Of a stretch of DNA of 14,444 nucleotides, positions 1-7,890 are shown piece by piece. Position 1 is the stretch's first letter; the number at the start of each line of letters is the position of its first letter. Source of the DNA: an uncultured bacterium (GTDB lineage Bacteria; SAR324; NAC60-12); contig CBFIJD010000002.1 in the NCBI GenBank assembly GCA_965662845.1, forward strand, positions 105,625 through 120,068, given 5' to 3'. A program made the position numbers and the translations under genes. Below the pieces are notes generated by a model, which worked only from the letters and a program-made list of their open reading frames with translations, had not been told where the DNA came from and did not search any database.

Positions 1-872
1 TTCGCCAGCTCGGGGGTGACATCTTGAATCCCAACCCCCAGCCAGCCGCGTGAGACACGCCCGTCGTTGATCAGATCTTCCATGATGCCGCGCGCCATAT
101 TGATCGGCACCGCAAATCCAATCCCTTGATACCCACCGCTGCGCGTGAAAATCGCGGTGTTTACCCCCACAATTTTACCGTCCAAACTCACTAGCGGGCC
201 GCCGCTGTTGCCAGGGTTGATCGCCGCGTCTGTCTGGATGAAGTCCTCATATTCGGTGATCCCAATCCCAGTGCGGCCCTTGGCGCTAACAATCCCATAC
301 GTCACAGTTTGGGAGAGTCCAAATGGATTCCCGACCGCGATGACTGACTCGCCCACCAAGATCTCTTTGGAATCTCCCATTGGCAACACGGGCAGGTTCT
401 CACCGTCTACCTTCACGACCGCGATGTCCGACTCAGGATCGGTGCCGATCAGCTCCGCTTCCATCTCAGTGCCGTCATACATTTGCACGATGATTTTGTC
501 GGCTCCCCCGACCACGTGGTTGTTCGTGAGGATGTATCCATCAGGCCGCACAATGGAACCGGACCCCATCCCTTCTTGACGAAAATCTCTCCCGCCATTG
601 CCGCCTCCCTGTGGGGGGCGCATTCCCGGAAAAAATCGCTCAAAGAACTCTTCACTCCGTGGGTCAAGCTCGCGGCTGTTGCGACTGGTCGCCTCCACGA
701 CTTTCTCGACTTTGATGTGCACCACGGCTTGCTGAATATTTTGCACTAATTCGGCTCGAGTTTTAGACGCCCGAATCAGCGATTGCAGCTCGCTCGCCGA
801 CTGGGCCAAGACGGCGTCGGCGCCGGAGAAGAACAGCGCTGCGGCACACAAACTCACAAATAGCTTCTGCAT
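1..872 (-). CDS. DegP/DegQ (HtrA) family periplasmic serine endoprotease, 3' part beyond the window edge
   Basis: Manual translation from ATG at 872 (GAGG upstream): signal peptide MQKLFVSLCAAALFFSGADAVLA, then GSGSIV..GYILTNNHVV (His), TDPESDIAVVKV (Asp), FIQTDAAINPGNSGGPL (Ser), GIGFAVP and the start of PDZ1 RGWLGVGIQDVTPELA. Frame stays open to position 1. DegP versus DegQ cannot be resolved. Confidence 0.96.
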   Translation of the reverse strand, partial: MQKLFVSLCAAALFFSGADAVLAQSASELQSLIRASKTRAELVQNIQQAVVHIKVEKVVEATSRNSRELDPRSEEFFERFFPGMRPPQGGGNGGRDFRQEGMGSGSIVRPDGYILTNNHVVGGADKIIVQMYDGTEMEAELIGTDPESDIAVVKVDGENLPVLPMGDSKEILVGESVIAVGNPFGLSQTVTYGIVSAKGRTGIGITEYEDFIQTDAAINPGNSGGPLVSLDGKIVGVNTAIFTRSGGYQGIGFAVPINMARGIMEDLINDGRVSRGWLGVGIQDVTPELA

Positions 873-914
873 AGAGACCTCGCTTGGAATTACGAAAACG
901 TTGCGAAACTTACT

Positions 915-942
915 ATTCTAGCCAGATCCGCACGCTTGTCAG
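915..942 (-). promoter_or_regulatory. Possible sigma70-type promoter for the HtrA gene
   Basis: Minus strand CTGACA (942-937), 16-nt spacer, TAGAAT (920-915), about 43 nt upstream of the ATG; the -35 overlaps the proS stop codon. Confidence 0.4.
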
Positions 943-2378
943 TAGGCAATTGCAAAAATCACCTCTTGCTTCGACGGTTCACCGGTCACAAGACACGCCC
1001 CAGGCTCCGGCGTCTCGTGCAGAGGGATGCAGCGAATCGTCGCCTTCGTCTCTTCTTTGATTTTCTCTTCCACCTCGCGCGAGCCGTTCCAGTGCGCCCG
1101 AAGGAAGCCTCCCTCAGTCGCAAGAATCTCCTTGAACTCTGCATACGACTTCGCCGTGCGGGTGTTGGCAGCGCGAAGATCAACAGCGCGTTGATAGAGC
1201 GACCACTGAATCTGCTCCAACAGCTGAGTGACGTGGCTCGCGACTGCGTCGAGGGGAATGGACTGCTTGTCGCGCAGGTCTCGACGCGCGATCATCGCCG
1301 CCTGCTTCTGCACATCGCGAGGTCCAATTTCAATGCGCACAGGCACGCCCTGCTGAATCCAGTGAAAGAACTTATCTCCAGGGCGCAAATTGTCGCGAGT
1401 GTCAATTTTGATCCGCAGGTGATCAATTTGTTCGGCGAGGCGCTGCTTGAGCTGCTCGGCAAACGCCAGTGTCTGGGCTTTTTCATCTTCGTTGTTGAAG
1501 ATGGGCACAATCGCGACCGCAATCGGAGCGATCCGTGGAGGCAAAATCAAACCGTCGTCGTCGGAGTGCGTCATGATCAGACCGCCAATCATGCGGGTGG
1601 AGCATCCCCAGCTCGTTGTCCAAGCGAGAGACTGCTGGTTGTTGCGATCCAAAAACTGAATGTTGAACGCCTTGGAGAAGTTTTGCCCCAAGTTGTGCGA
1701 GGTGGCACTCTGGAGCGCTCTGCCGTCTTGCATCATCGCTTCAACGGTGTAGGTCGCGACGGCGCCAGGGAACTTCTCCGCTTCTGATTTCTGTCCGGGA
1801 ATCACGGGAATCGCGAGGTCTTCTTCTTGGAATTGACGATAGATTTCCAACATGCGCAGCGTCTCTTCTTGCGCTTCGTCATAGGTCTCGTGCGCGGTGT
1901 GCCCTTCTTGCCAGAGGAACTCAGAGGTTCGCAAGAACAGGCGGGTGCGCTTCTCCCAGCGCATGACGTTCGCCCATTGGTTGATGAGCACGGGCAGATC
2001 CCGATAGCTGTTGACCCACTGGGCATACATGTGCCCGATCACTGTCTCGGAGGTTGGGCGGACAACCAGGGGCTCTTCCAGAGCTTTCCCGCCGCCGTGC
2101 GTGACTACCGCGCATTCGGGGCTGAACCCTTCCACGTGCTCGGCTTCGCGCTGCAAAAATTCCTGCGGAATCAACAACGGGAAATACGCATTGACGTGTC
2201 CCGTTTCTTTGAACAAACGATCTAAGCGCGCCTGCATCGCCTCCCAAATCGCGAAACCACTGGGCCGAATCACCATGCAGCCTTTGACCGGAGCGTAGTC
2301 GGCGAGCTGTCCCGCTTTGATGACGTCGAGATACCACTGCGAGTAGTTTTCTGAGCGAGGAGTGATGTTTTTGGCCAT
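939..2378 (-). CDS. proS: Proline--tRNA ligase, archaeal/eukaryote-like type (no INS editing domain)
   Basis: 479 aa; YSQWY..VKGCMVIRP, VRPTSET, QWANVMRWEKRTRLFLRTSEFLWQEGHTAH (motif 2), TSHNLGQNFSKAF, TSWGCSTRMIGGLIMTHSDDDGLILPPRIAP (motif 3), C-terminal extension ATIRCIP...FAIAY ending in Tyr. Confidence 0.98.
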   Translation of the reverse strand: MAKNITPRSENYSQWYLDVIKAGQLADYAPVKGCMVIRPSGFAIWEAMQARLDRLFKETGHVNAYFPLLIPQEFLQREAEHVEGFSPECAVVTHGGGKALEEPLVVRPTSETVIGHMYAQWVNSYRDLPVLINQWANVMRWEKRTRLFLRTSEFLWQEGHTAHETYDEAQEETLRMLEIYRQFQEEDLAIPVIPGQKSEAEKFPGAVATYTVEAMMQDGRALQSATSHNLGQNFSKAFNIQFLDRNNQQSLAWTTSWGCSTRMIGGLIMTHSDDDGLILPPRIAPIAVAIVPIFNNEDEKAQTLAFAEQLKQRLAEQIDHLRIKIDTRDNLRPGDKFFHWIQQGVPVRIEIGPRDVQKQAAMIARRDLRDKQSIPLDAVASHVTQLLEQIQWSLYQRAVDLRAANTRTAKSYAEFKEILATEGGFLRAHWNGSREVEEKIKEETKATIRCIPLHETPEPGACLVTGEPSKQEVIFAIAY

Positions 2379-2427
2379 AACGAGACGCCTTGTGTAAGGA
2401 AACGGTTAGGGATTGCAAAAGGCCCGG

Positions 2428-2456
2428 AACATAGCGCCTCTGCTTTGGACTGACAA
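2428..2456 (-). promoter_or_regulatory. Putative sigma70 promoter of proS
   Basis: Minus strand TTGTCA (2456-2451), 17-nt spacer, TATGTT (2433-2428), about 50 nt upstream of the proS ATG. Confidence 0.55.
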
Positions 2457-2485
2457 GCCTTTCGCACTTGCAACATGAACACGCG

Positions 2486-3892
2486 CTATACGAACCCCAC
2501 GTGCAGCATCAAAAAACCCATCAGATAAGAGAGCAAAATGCCCATCACGCTGACTAAGGCCCCGACGCGCAGCAAGTGTTGACTCGAGATCAAGCCTGTG
2601 GCGTAGGCCATCGCGTTGGGAGGAGTGCTCACCGGCAGCGCCATGCCCAGCGCACAAGAGATCGTCACCAGCAGCACCAGCAGCTTCAGGCCGCCAATCT
2701 CTACCAGCGCAGGGAGAGTGGCTCCAAGCGCGGCCATGATTGGCAGCAGCAGGTTGGCGGTCGCGGTGTTCGAAATGAACGTAGCCATCAACAACCCCAT
2801 GGCCGTCGCGATTCCAAAAATCAACACAGGGCTAAACTCTCCAAACGGGACGCTATCTACCAACACTTGGCTCAAGCCACTTTTTTCGAGCCCCAAGCCC
2901 AGCGCGATCCCGCCAGAGATCAGCCAAAGCACGTCCCAACTGACCAGGCGCAGGTCTTTTTTGTCAAGCACGCCAAACGTCAAGAAGGTCGCGACCGGAA
3001 TCATCGCCACGACGTAAGAGCTCATCCCGTGCAGGTCCCCCGACAACCACAACAAAATCGTGCCGCCAAAGGTGACATAGACGATGCGGGCTTTGGTCGT
3101 GTTCAGGAATTTGCTGTCGATGATCAGCTCAATTTGTTTCGCTTGGGATGGCAACAGCAGCAGCAGCACCAGCCACGCGAGCAGCAGCAACGTCAGCATG
3201 AACGGTACGCCAAAGCTCATCCACTCGCTGAAAGAGACCGCGTTCTCTCCCAACAGATACTTCATCGCGATGGCGTTCGGAGGCGTCCCAATCGGCGTCC
3301 CAATTCCACCGATGTTCGCGGCAATTGGCACACACAACACAAACGCCGCGCGGCCCGGATCTTCGGACTGAAAGAGACGGAGCACGGGGGTGACAATCGT
3401 GAGCATGAGAGCTGTCGTCGCCGTGTTGCTCATAAACATGGAGAAGCCCGCGGTGATGATCATCATTCCGAGCATTACCAAGCGCGGATTGGAACCAAAC
3501 GGGCGCAGCATCACGCGCGCAAGATTCACATCGAGTTTGTATTTGGTGGACGCTAACGCCAAAAAGAACCCCCCCAAAAACAGCATAATGATCGGCGAGG
3601 CGAAGGTTCCTAAGATCTCTTGATAGCCTAGCAGCGTCCCAAACTCAGGGGCGGTCGATGCGGTCTCGCGGAACCAAATCGGGCCACGCGTAGACATCAA
3701 CATCAGCTCCATGGCGATGATCAAGACGGAGGTCGCATAGATGGGAATCGGTTCAAACATCCAGAACAACACCGCCAGCGCAAAAATGGCGAGCATACGG
3801 TGCTGCACAATCGTCATGTCAGCGAGCAGGTAATTGTAAGGCAGCACCAAAAGCAGGAGGGGCAAGAGAGAGCAGAACAAGGCTTTCTTCAT
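2486..3892 (-). CDS. DASS/SLC13 family (divalent anion:Na+ symporter) permease
   Basis: 468 aa, highly hydrophobic; two SNT motifs (SMFMSNTATT, ATFISNTATA), GTPIGTPPNAIA and LPVSTPPNAMAY, W..EPIP..TS. Substrate (dicarboxylate, sulfate or phosphate) cannot be read from the sequence. Confidence 0.95.
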   Translation of the reverse strand: MKKALFCSLLPLLLLVLPYNYLLADMTIVQHRMLAIFALAVLFWMFEPIPIYATSVLIIAMELMLMSTRGPIWFRETASTAPEFGTLLGYQEILGTFASPIIMLFLGGFFLALASTKYKLDVNLARVMLRPFGSNPRLVMLGMMIITAGFSMFMSNTATTALMLTIVTPVLRLFQSEDPGRAAFVLCVPIAANIGGIGTPIGTPPNAIAMKYLLGENAVSFSEWMSFGVPFMLTLLLLAWLVLLLLLPSQAKQIELIIDSKFLNTTKARIVYVTFGGTILLWLSGDLHGMSSYVVAMIPVATFLTFGVLDKKDLRLVSWDVLWLISGGIALGLGLEKSGLSQVLVDSVPFGEFSPVLIFGIATAMGLLMATFISNTATANLLLPIMAALGATLPALVEIGGLKLLVLLVTISCALGMALPVSTPPNAMAYATGLISSQHLLRVGALVSVMGILLSYLMGFLMLHVGFV

Positions 3893-4395
3893 CGATATTC
3901 CAAAAACGTCGAGGCATTTTGATGGATGTATCGCAAAATCGCTTCCCGATCGAGCACATTGGCAAAGTTGATCGGTTGCTGTTCATGCCGAACCACATAT
4001 TCCGTCAACTGTTGCACGACCACACGTTGGAAGTCTTCTTCTGTCCATGGATGCAGCAGACAGTAATCCAAGCCACCATGATTCACAGCGCGCACGACCT
4101 TCTCCGCCTGAACATCCATGCACAACAACACTTTGTGAGCATCGCGCGTCGCAGGATTTTCATGCAACGAGATGAGCAAATCCACGCCGGGTTGGCGGGG
4201 CATCTCGTCGCTGCACAAAATCAAGGCCAGCTGCTGCTGTTCCTCTTGAAGAGCCTGAACATGGGCCTGTGCCTCTGCCACAAAAGGAGCGCAGTGCACG
4301 AGGAAGTGATTTCGCAAAAAGTCCAACTGTTGGTTCATCTGGGTCAACAACGTCTTATCGCCGTGACACAAGATGATGTGAAGATGGCTAGGCAT
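3889..4395 (-). CDS. Degenerate response-regulator receiver-like protein (pseudo-receiver) with helical C-terminal tail
   Basis: Start reassigned to ATG 4395 (GGGAGG 4 nt upstream), 168 aa. Receiver pattern LALILCSDEMP..PGVDLL, KVLL, VRAVN.GGLDY.L.HPW; stop overlaps the permease start (ATGA at 3889-3892). Confidence 0.85.
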   Translation of the reverse strand: MPSHLHIILCHGDKTLLTQMNQQLDFLRNHFLVHCAPFVAEAQAHVQALQEEQQQLALILCSDEMPRQPGVDLLISLHENPATRDAHKVLLCMDVQAEKVVRAVNHGGLDYCLLHPWTEEDFQRVVVQQLTEYVVRHEQQPINFANVLDREAILRYIHQNASTFLEYR

Positions 4396-4539
4396 GTGGC
4401 CTCCCAAAATTGAAGAAAAGAAGAGGTAGACGACAGGCTTGTCTTACGGAATTTCAGGGAAAGCGAAAGCCCAAACCTGTGCCTAGAGAGAACTTAGGAG
4501 AAGTGCGGAGAGAACCCAGAGAGGGAAAGCGGAGAGGGC

Positions 4540-4558
4540 AGACGGCTGGGCGCCGTCT
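4540..4558 (-). terminator. GC-rich stem-loop just after the sigma54 activator gene (possible terminator or stabilising hairpin)
   Basis: AGACGGC-N5-GCCGTCT perfect 7-bp stem, 17 nt past the stop; no U-tract follows, so not a canonical intrinsic terminator. Confidence 0.35.
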
Positions 4559-4575
4559 ATGGGAGGAGGGTGGAC

Positions 4576-6108
4576 TTATTCAGCTTCAAACTCGAAGACT
4601 TCGCCTTCTTCGCGATACTCGTTGAGTTTGTTGCGCAGCGTGCGGATGCTGATTCCCAGAATGCGGGAGGCGTGTGTGCGGTTGCCGTTGGTCTCTTTGA
4701 GCGTCTCAAAGATCAGCTTCTTCTCGGCTTCTTTCATCGACATGCCGACCTCGATGCCGAGCTGCGCTCCGGTGGCTGCGTCAGTCGCCAGCGCTGGCGT
4801 GGTCTCCGTTGCGTCAGTAGCGGCGGGTTTTGCGACAAAATTTGTGTTCGTTGCCGAGGCCAAATCTTCGTTAATGCTGCGTTGTCCCGTTTGGGAGTGC
4901 ATCAACAGGTGATTGGGGAAAATTTCATTTCCGTTGCTCAACAGCAGCGCACGCTCCACGACATTCTCCAGCTCACGAACATTGCCGCGCCAGTTGTAGT
5001 TCCCCAACACTTCCAAGGCTGCGGCGACCATCTGTGGCTTCTCACGATTGTTCAGCTGGGCGTGCTTGGCCAAGAAGTGATCCACCAACATCGGGATGTC
5101 GTCCTTGCGCTCACGCAGGGGAGGCAGCGCCAGAGGGATCACGTTCAGGCGGAAGTAGAGATCTTCGCGGAACTTGCCCGACTCGACGCAACCGAGCATG
5201 TCGCGGTTGGTGGTCGCGATCACGCGGACATCCACTTTGATGGGCTCTTTGCCCCCGACCTTGTCCACCTCTTGCTCTTGCAGCACACGCAACAGCTTGG
5301 CTTGGAGAGGCAACGCCATCTCACTGATTTCATCAAGCAGGATTGTGCCTGTGTGAGCCTGCTCAAACTTCCCGCGGTGGTCTTGGCTCGCGCCAGTAAA
5401 TGCACCTTTTTTATGACCGAAGAGTTCGCTCTCTAGCAAGGTGTCGGGCATGGCCGCACAGTTGACCGCGACAAAGGGCTTGCCGGCGCGGTCGGAATGA
5501 TTGTGGATGTATTGCGCGAGGAGTTCTTTCCCTGTCCCGCTCTCACTTTGAATGAGAATCGTGGCTTTGCTGCGAGCGACGTTACTCGCGACTTCCAGCA
5601 GCGACTTCATCGCAGCGTTCTGGGTCACAATGTCTTTGTGGCCATCATTGGAGAGCGTGGGGCCACCAGCGACCGCGGTCGCCTGCTTTTTCCCGACCGC
5701 GACCTCACCGTCAGTACGGACCATCATCGGCCCAGAGGTGTCGCGATAAGCAAGCGCGCGCTCTACGATAAAGATGAAGTTTTCAAAGTTGAAAGGCTTC
5801 ACGATGTAATCAAAGGCGCCGTGTTTCATCGCCTCGACCGCGGTCTCGATGGTTCCATACGCGGTGGCCATGATGACGGGCTTGTGCGGGTCAATCGCCT
5901 TGATGTCTTTCAACAACTCCAAACCGCTGCGCTTGGGCATCGTCATATCTGTGATGACCAGCGAGTATTCGTTGTTCTTGAATTTTTTGATGGCGTCGAT
6001 GGCGTTGTGCGAAAGCTCCACCGGATACCCGCAGTGCTTCAGGGTCTCCGACATAGCGATGCGCATTTCTACTTCGTCGTCAACGATGAGAATGGGATGA
6101 GAAACCAT
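4576..6108 (-). CDS. Sigma54-dependent Fis-family response regulator (REC-AAA+-HTH), FleR/FlrC/FlgR-like
   Basis: Start reassigned to ATG 6108 (AAAGGA upstream), 510 aa. REC ILIVDDE..LVITDMTMP..YIVKPF; AAA+ SESGTGKE, AVNCAA, ESELFGHKKGAFTGA, LLDEISEM, QAKLLRVLQE, FREDLYFRLNV, WRGNVRELEN; HTH GNRTHASRILGISIRTLRNKLNEY. The flagellar subfamily call is an inference. Confidence 0.95.
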   Translation of the reverse strand: MVSHPILIVDDEVEMRIAMSETLKHCGYPVELSHNAIDAIKKFKNNEYSLVITDMTMPKRSGLELLKDIKAIDPHKPVIMATAYGTIETAVEAMKHGAFDYIVKPFNFENFIFIVERALAYRDTSGPMMVRTDGEVAVGKKQATAVAGGPTLSNDGHKDIVTQNAAMKSLLEVASNVARSKATILIQSESGTGKELLAQYIHNHSDRAGKPFVAVNCAAMPDTLLESELFGHKKGAFTGASQDHRGKFEQAHTGTILLDEISEMALPLQAKLLRVLQEQEVDKVGGKEPIKVDVRVIATTNRDMLGCVESGKFREDLYFRLNVIPLALPPLRERKDDIPMLVDHFLAKHAQLNNREKPQMVAAALEVLGNYNWRGNVRELENVVERALLLSNGNEIFPNHLLMHSQTGQRSINEDLASATNTNFVAKPAATDATETTPALATDAATGAQLGIEVGMSMKEAEKKLIFETLKETNGNRTHASRILGISIRTLRNKLNEYREEGEVFEFEAE

Positions 6109-6119
6109 ATTGCTTCCTT

Positions 6120-7499
6120 TCAATAAGGGGCTCCTGCGGAAAGTTCCGATGCAGATTCTGCTTCTGCGACGTCTTCGTCTTGCGCCACAGGAAACAAGAG
6201 TGTGAAGCAGGTACCTCGCTCTACCTCACTCTCCACATCGATGATCGCTCCATGCGATTCGACAATATTATGAACGATGGCCAGTCCCAGACCCGTCCCT
6301 CGTTCTTTAGTAGTGAAAAACGGATCAAAAATGCGCTTGCGGACTTCTGCGGGCATCCCGCCGCCGGTGTCTCGAATGGTGACTTGTAGCAAGGAGAGAC
6401 CGTGACGCCGCTGCGACTGAGGCATGAAGCTGAAGCGTTCGAGCATCTTGCGGTTGTCGGTGAGGACGTTGCGGGTCGTGATGCGAATCTCTCCCGTCTC
6501 TACCATCGCTTGTACGGAGTTGATGAGGATGTTGTGGAACACCTGCTTCAGCAGCTCGCTCTCGCCACGCACCTTCGTGGACGCGGCATGAAAATCAGTG
6601 TGGATGCAAACGTCGTTGTACTCTACCAACTGCTCGAAAAAACTCAAATGACCCCGCAAGAAGACGTGCAGGTCAATAATATCGCGGGCTACCGGTCGGG
6701 GTTTTGTGTATTCCAGCAGGTTGGAGATGATGTGATTCATGCTCTGCACTGCGGACCCGATATGCTGCACCAAGCGCTGAGCAGAGTCTGTCTCGACCTC
6801 CTTGCGCAACAGCGACGTGAACAGCTCGATGCTTCCCAGAGGGTTCCGGATTTCATGCGCGATGCTCGCGGCCATTTGCCCCATCCCAGTGAAGCGATTC
6901 TTGCGCTCTGCTTCTTCTTCTAACTTCTTCAGGTCGGTGATGTCTTGGACGTTGACAATGATGCCCAGCCACTCATTTTGGTCGCTCTTCATCAGCGAGA
7001 GATAAATCCGCAATTTGCGTGTGAGCCCGCTGGCTTGCCGCAACGACAGCTCCTGTTCGTGGCCTTGTTGCAGGTTCTGCATGAACTCGGGAGTGATGGT
7101 GCTCGGCAGCAGCTGTTCGCGGAACAACTCATTGAGGTGCGCGCCCTGTACCTCCTCCGCGATGCGATCCAACAGACGCAGCGTCTTCTGGTTCACCGAC
7201 GTCACGTGACCTTGCAGATCGGTCACCAAGATGCCAATCGCAGAGCTCTCAAACACACTGGTGAGGTAGCTTTTGACCTGCTCTTTCTCTTGGAGATTTT
7301 GCTCCAATTCGCGGTTCTTGCGCGCTAGCTCACCAGTGAGTTCGTCAACCTTGAGTTCAATGTCGCGATAGTACGACTGCAGCTTCTGCGTCGCTTGATT
7401 GAAAGCCTCAAATCCCTGAAGCAGCAACTGAGCGTCCAGTGAATCATCCTCTGGATCTAACACCAGAAATTCAGCGGGATCGGGTAGTTCGTGATTCAT
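6120..7499 (-). CDS. Cytoplasmic PAS-domain sensor histidine kinase, FleS/FlrB-like
   Basis: Likely start ATG 7499 (459 aa; the upstream 70 codons of the track ORF look non-coding and contain a promoter-like motif). N-terminal coiled coil [34 protein letters not shown] ([15 protein letters not shown]), H-box [20 protein letters not shown]-box [32 protein letters not shown]; no TM helix. Confidence 0.93.
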   Translation of the reverse strand: MNHELPDPAEFLVLDPEDDSLDAQLLLQGFEAFNQATQKLQSYYRDIELKVDELTGELARKNRELEQNLQEKEQVKSYLTSVFESSAIGILVTDLQGHVTSVNQKTLRLLDRIAEEVQGAHLNELFREQLLPSTITPEFMQNLQQGHEQELSLRQASGLTRKLRIYLSLMKSDQNEWLGIIVNVQDITDLKKLEEEAERKNRFTGMGQMAASIAHEIRNPLGSIELFTSLLRKEVETDSAQRLVQHIGSAVQSMNHIISNLLEYTKPRPVARDIIDLHVFLRGHLSFFEQLVEYNDVCIHTDFHAASTKVRGESELLKQVFHNILINSVQAMVETGEIRITTRNVLTDNRKMLERFSFMPQSQRRHGLSLLQVTIRDTGGGMPAEVRKRIFDPFFTTKERGTGLGLAIVHNIVESHGAIIDVESEVERGTCFTLLFPVAQDEDVAEAESASELSAGAPY

Positions 7500-7600
7500 A
7501 CGCAGTCTGAAGTCGGTTGGCCGAAGGGAAGGGACCAGAAGTGCGGGCCGCAAGGCGGCAAGATTGGCTTGGATTAGGGAGCGTGAGACAAACGCAAACC

Positions 7601-7616
7601 TGCGCTCGATGTGCCA
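7601..7616 (-). promoter_or_regulatory. Putative sigma54 (-24/-12) promoter for the kinase/activator operon
   Basis: Minus strand TGGCACATCGAGCGCA: TGGCAC with exact GG-N10-GC spacing, but lacking the TT before GC; about 100 nt upstream of ATG 7499. Confidence 0.5.
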
Positions 7617-7890
7617 AATTCCATTTCTCTTTCGGGTCTTCCATGACTCAGCGTTCCCTGCCCTGATGCAGAAAGCGTGCAACATCACACAGACCAACAG
7701 GCAAGTCAAGATGCCCTTGGGGATTCCTTCGTTTTGCCCGCCGCCAGGTGATCCTCACGCAAAGAGCCTCCAGATTGTGGGCGCAACAGAGAAATTTCGA
7801 TTGCAACTTGAGCCAATCCTCCTGACGATGTGTCTCTTTTCGCGGCACTCTTCCGTGTGACACTCCTAACTCCCTAGTAGACCTCCTCAC

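Noticed and set aside
145..1787. Plus-strand ORFs 145-579, 483-749 and 936-1787
   Set aside because: Antisense shadows of the HtrA gene and proS; no recognisable motifs.
4474..4490. Minus-strand AGGCACAGGTTTGGGC as a sigma54 promoter for the pseudo-receiver/permease
   Set aside because: GG to GC spacing is 11 rather than the strictly required 10.
4410..4625. Arg/Lys/Glu-rich 71-aa ORF on the plus strand
   Set aside because: By-product of the purine-rich intergenic tract; TTG start, overlaps the activator 3' end antisense.
2576..7328. Long plus-strand ORFs (2576-3556, 3919-4413, 4570-5436, 5497-6126, 6402-6923, 6945-7328)
   Set aside because: They lie exactly opposite well-supported genes; long antisense frames are expected from codon bias in GC-rich DNA.
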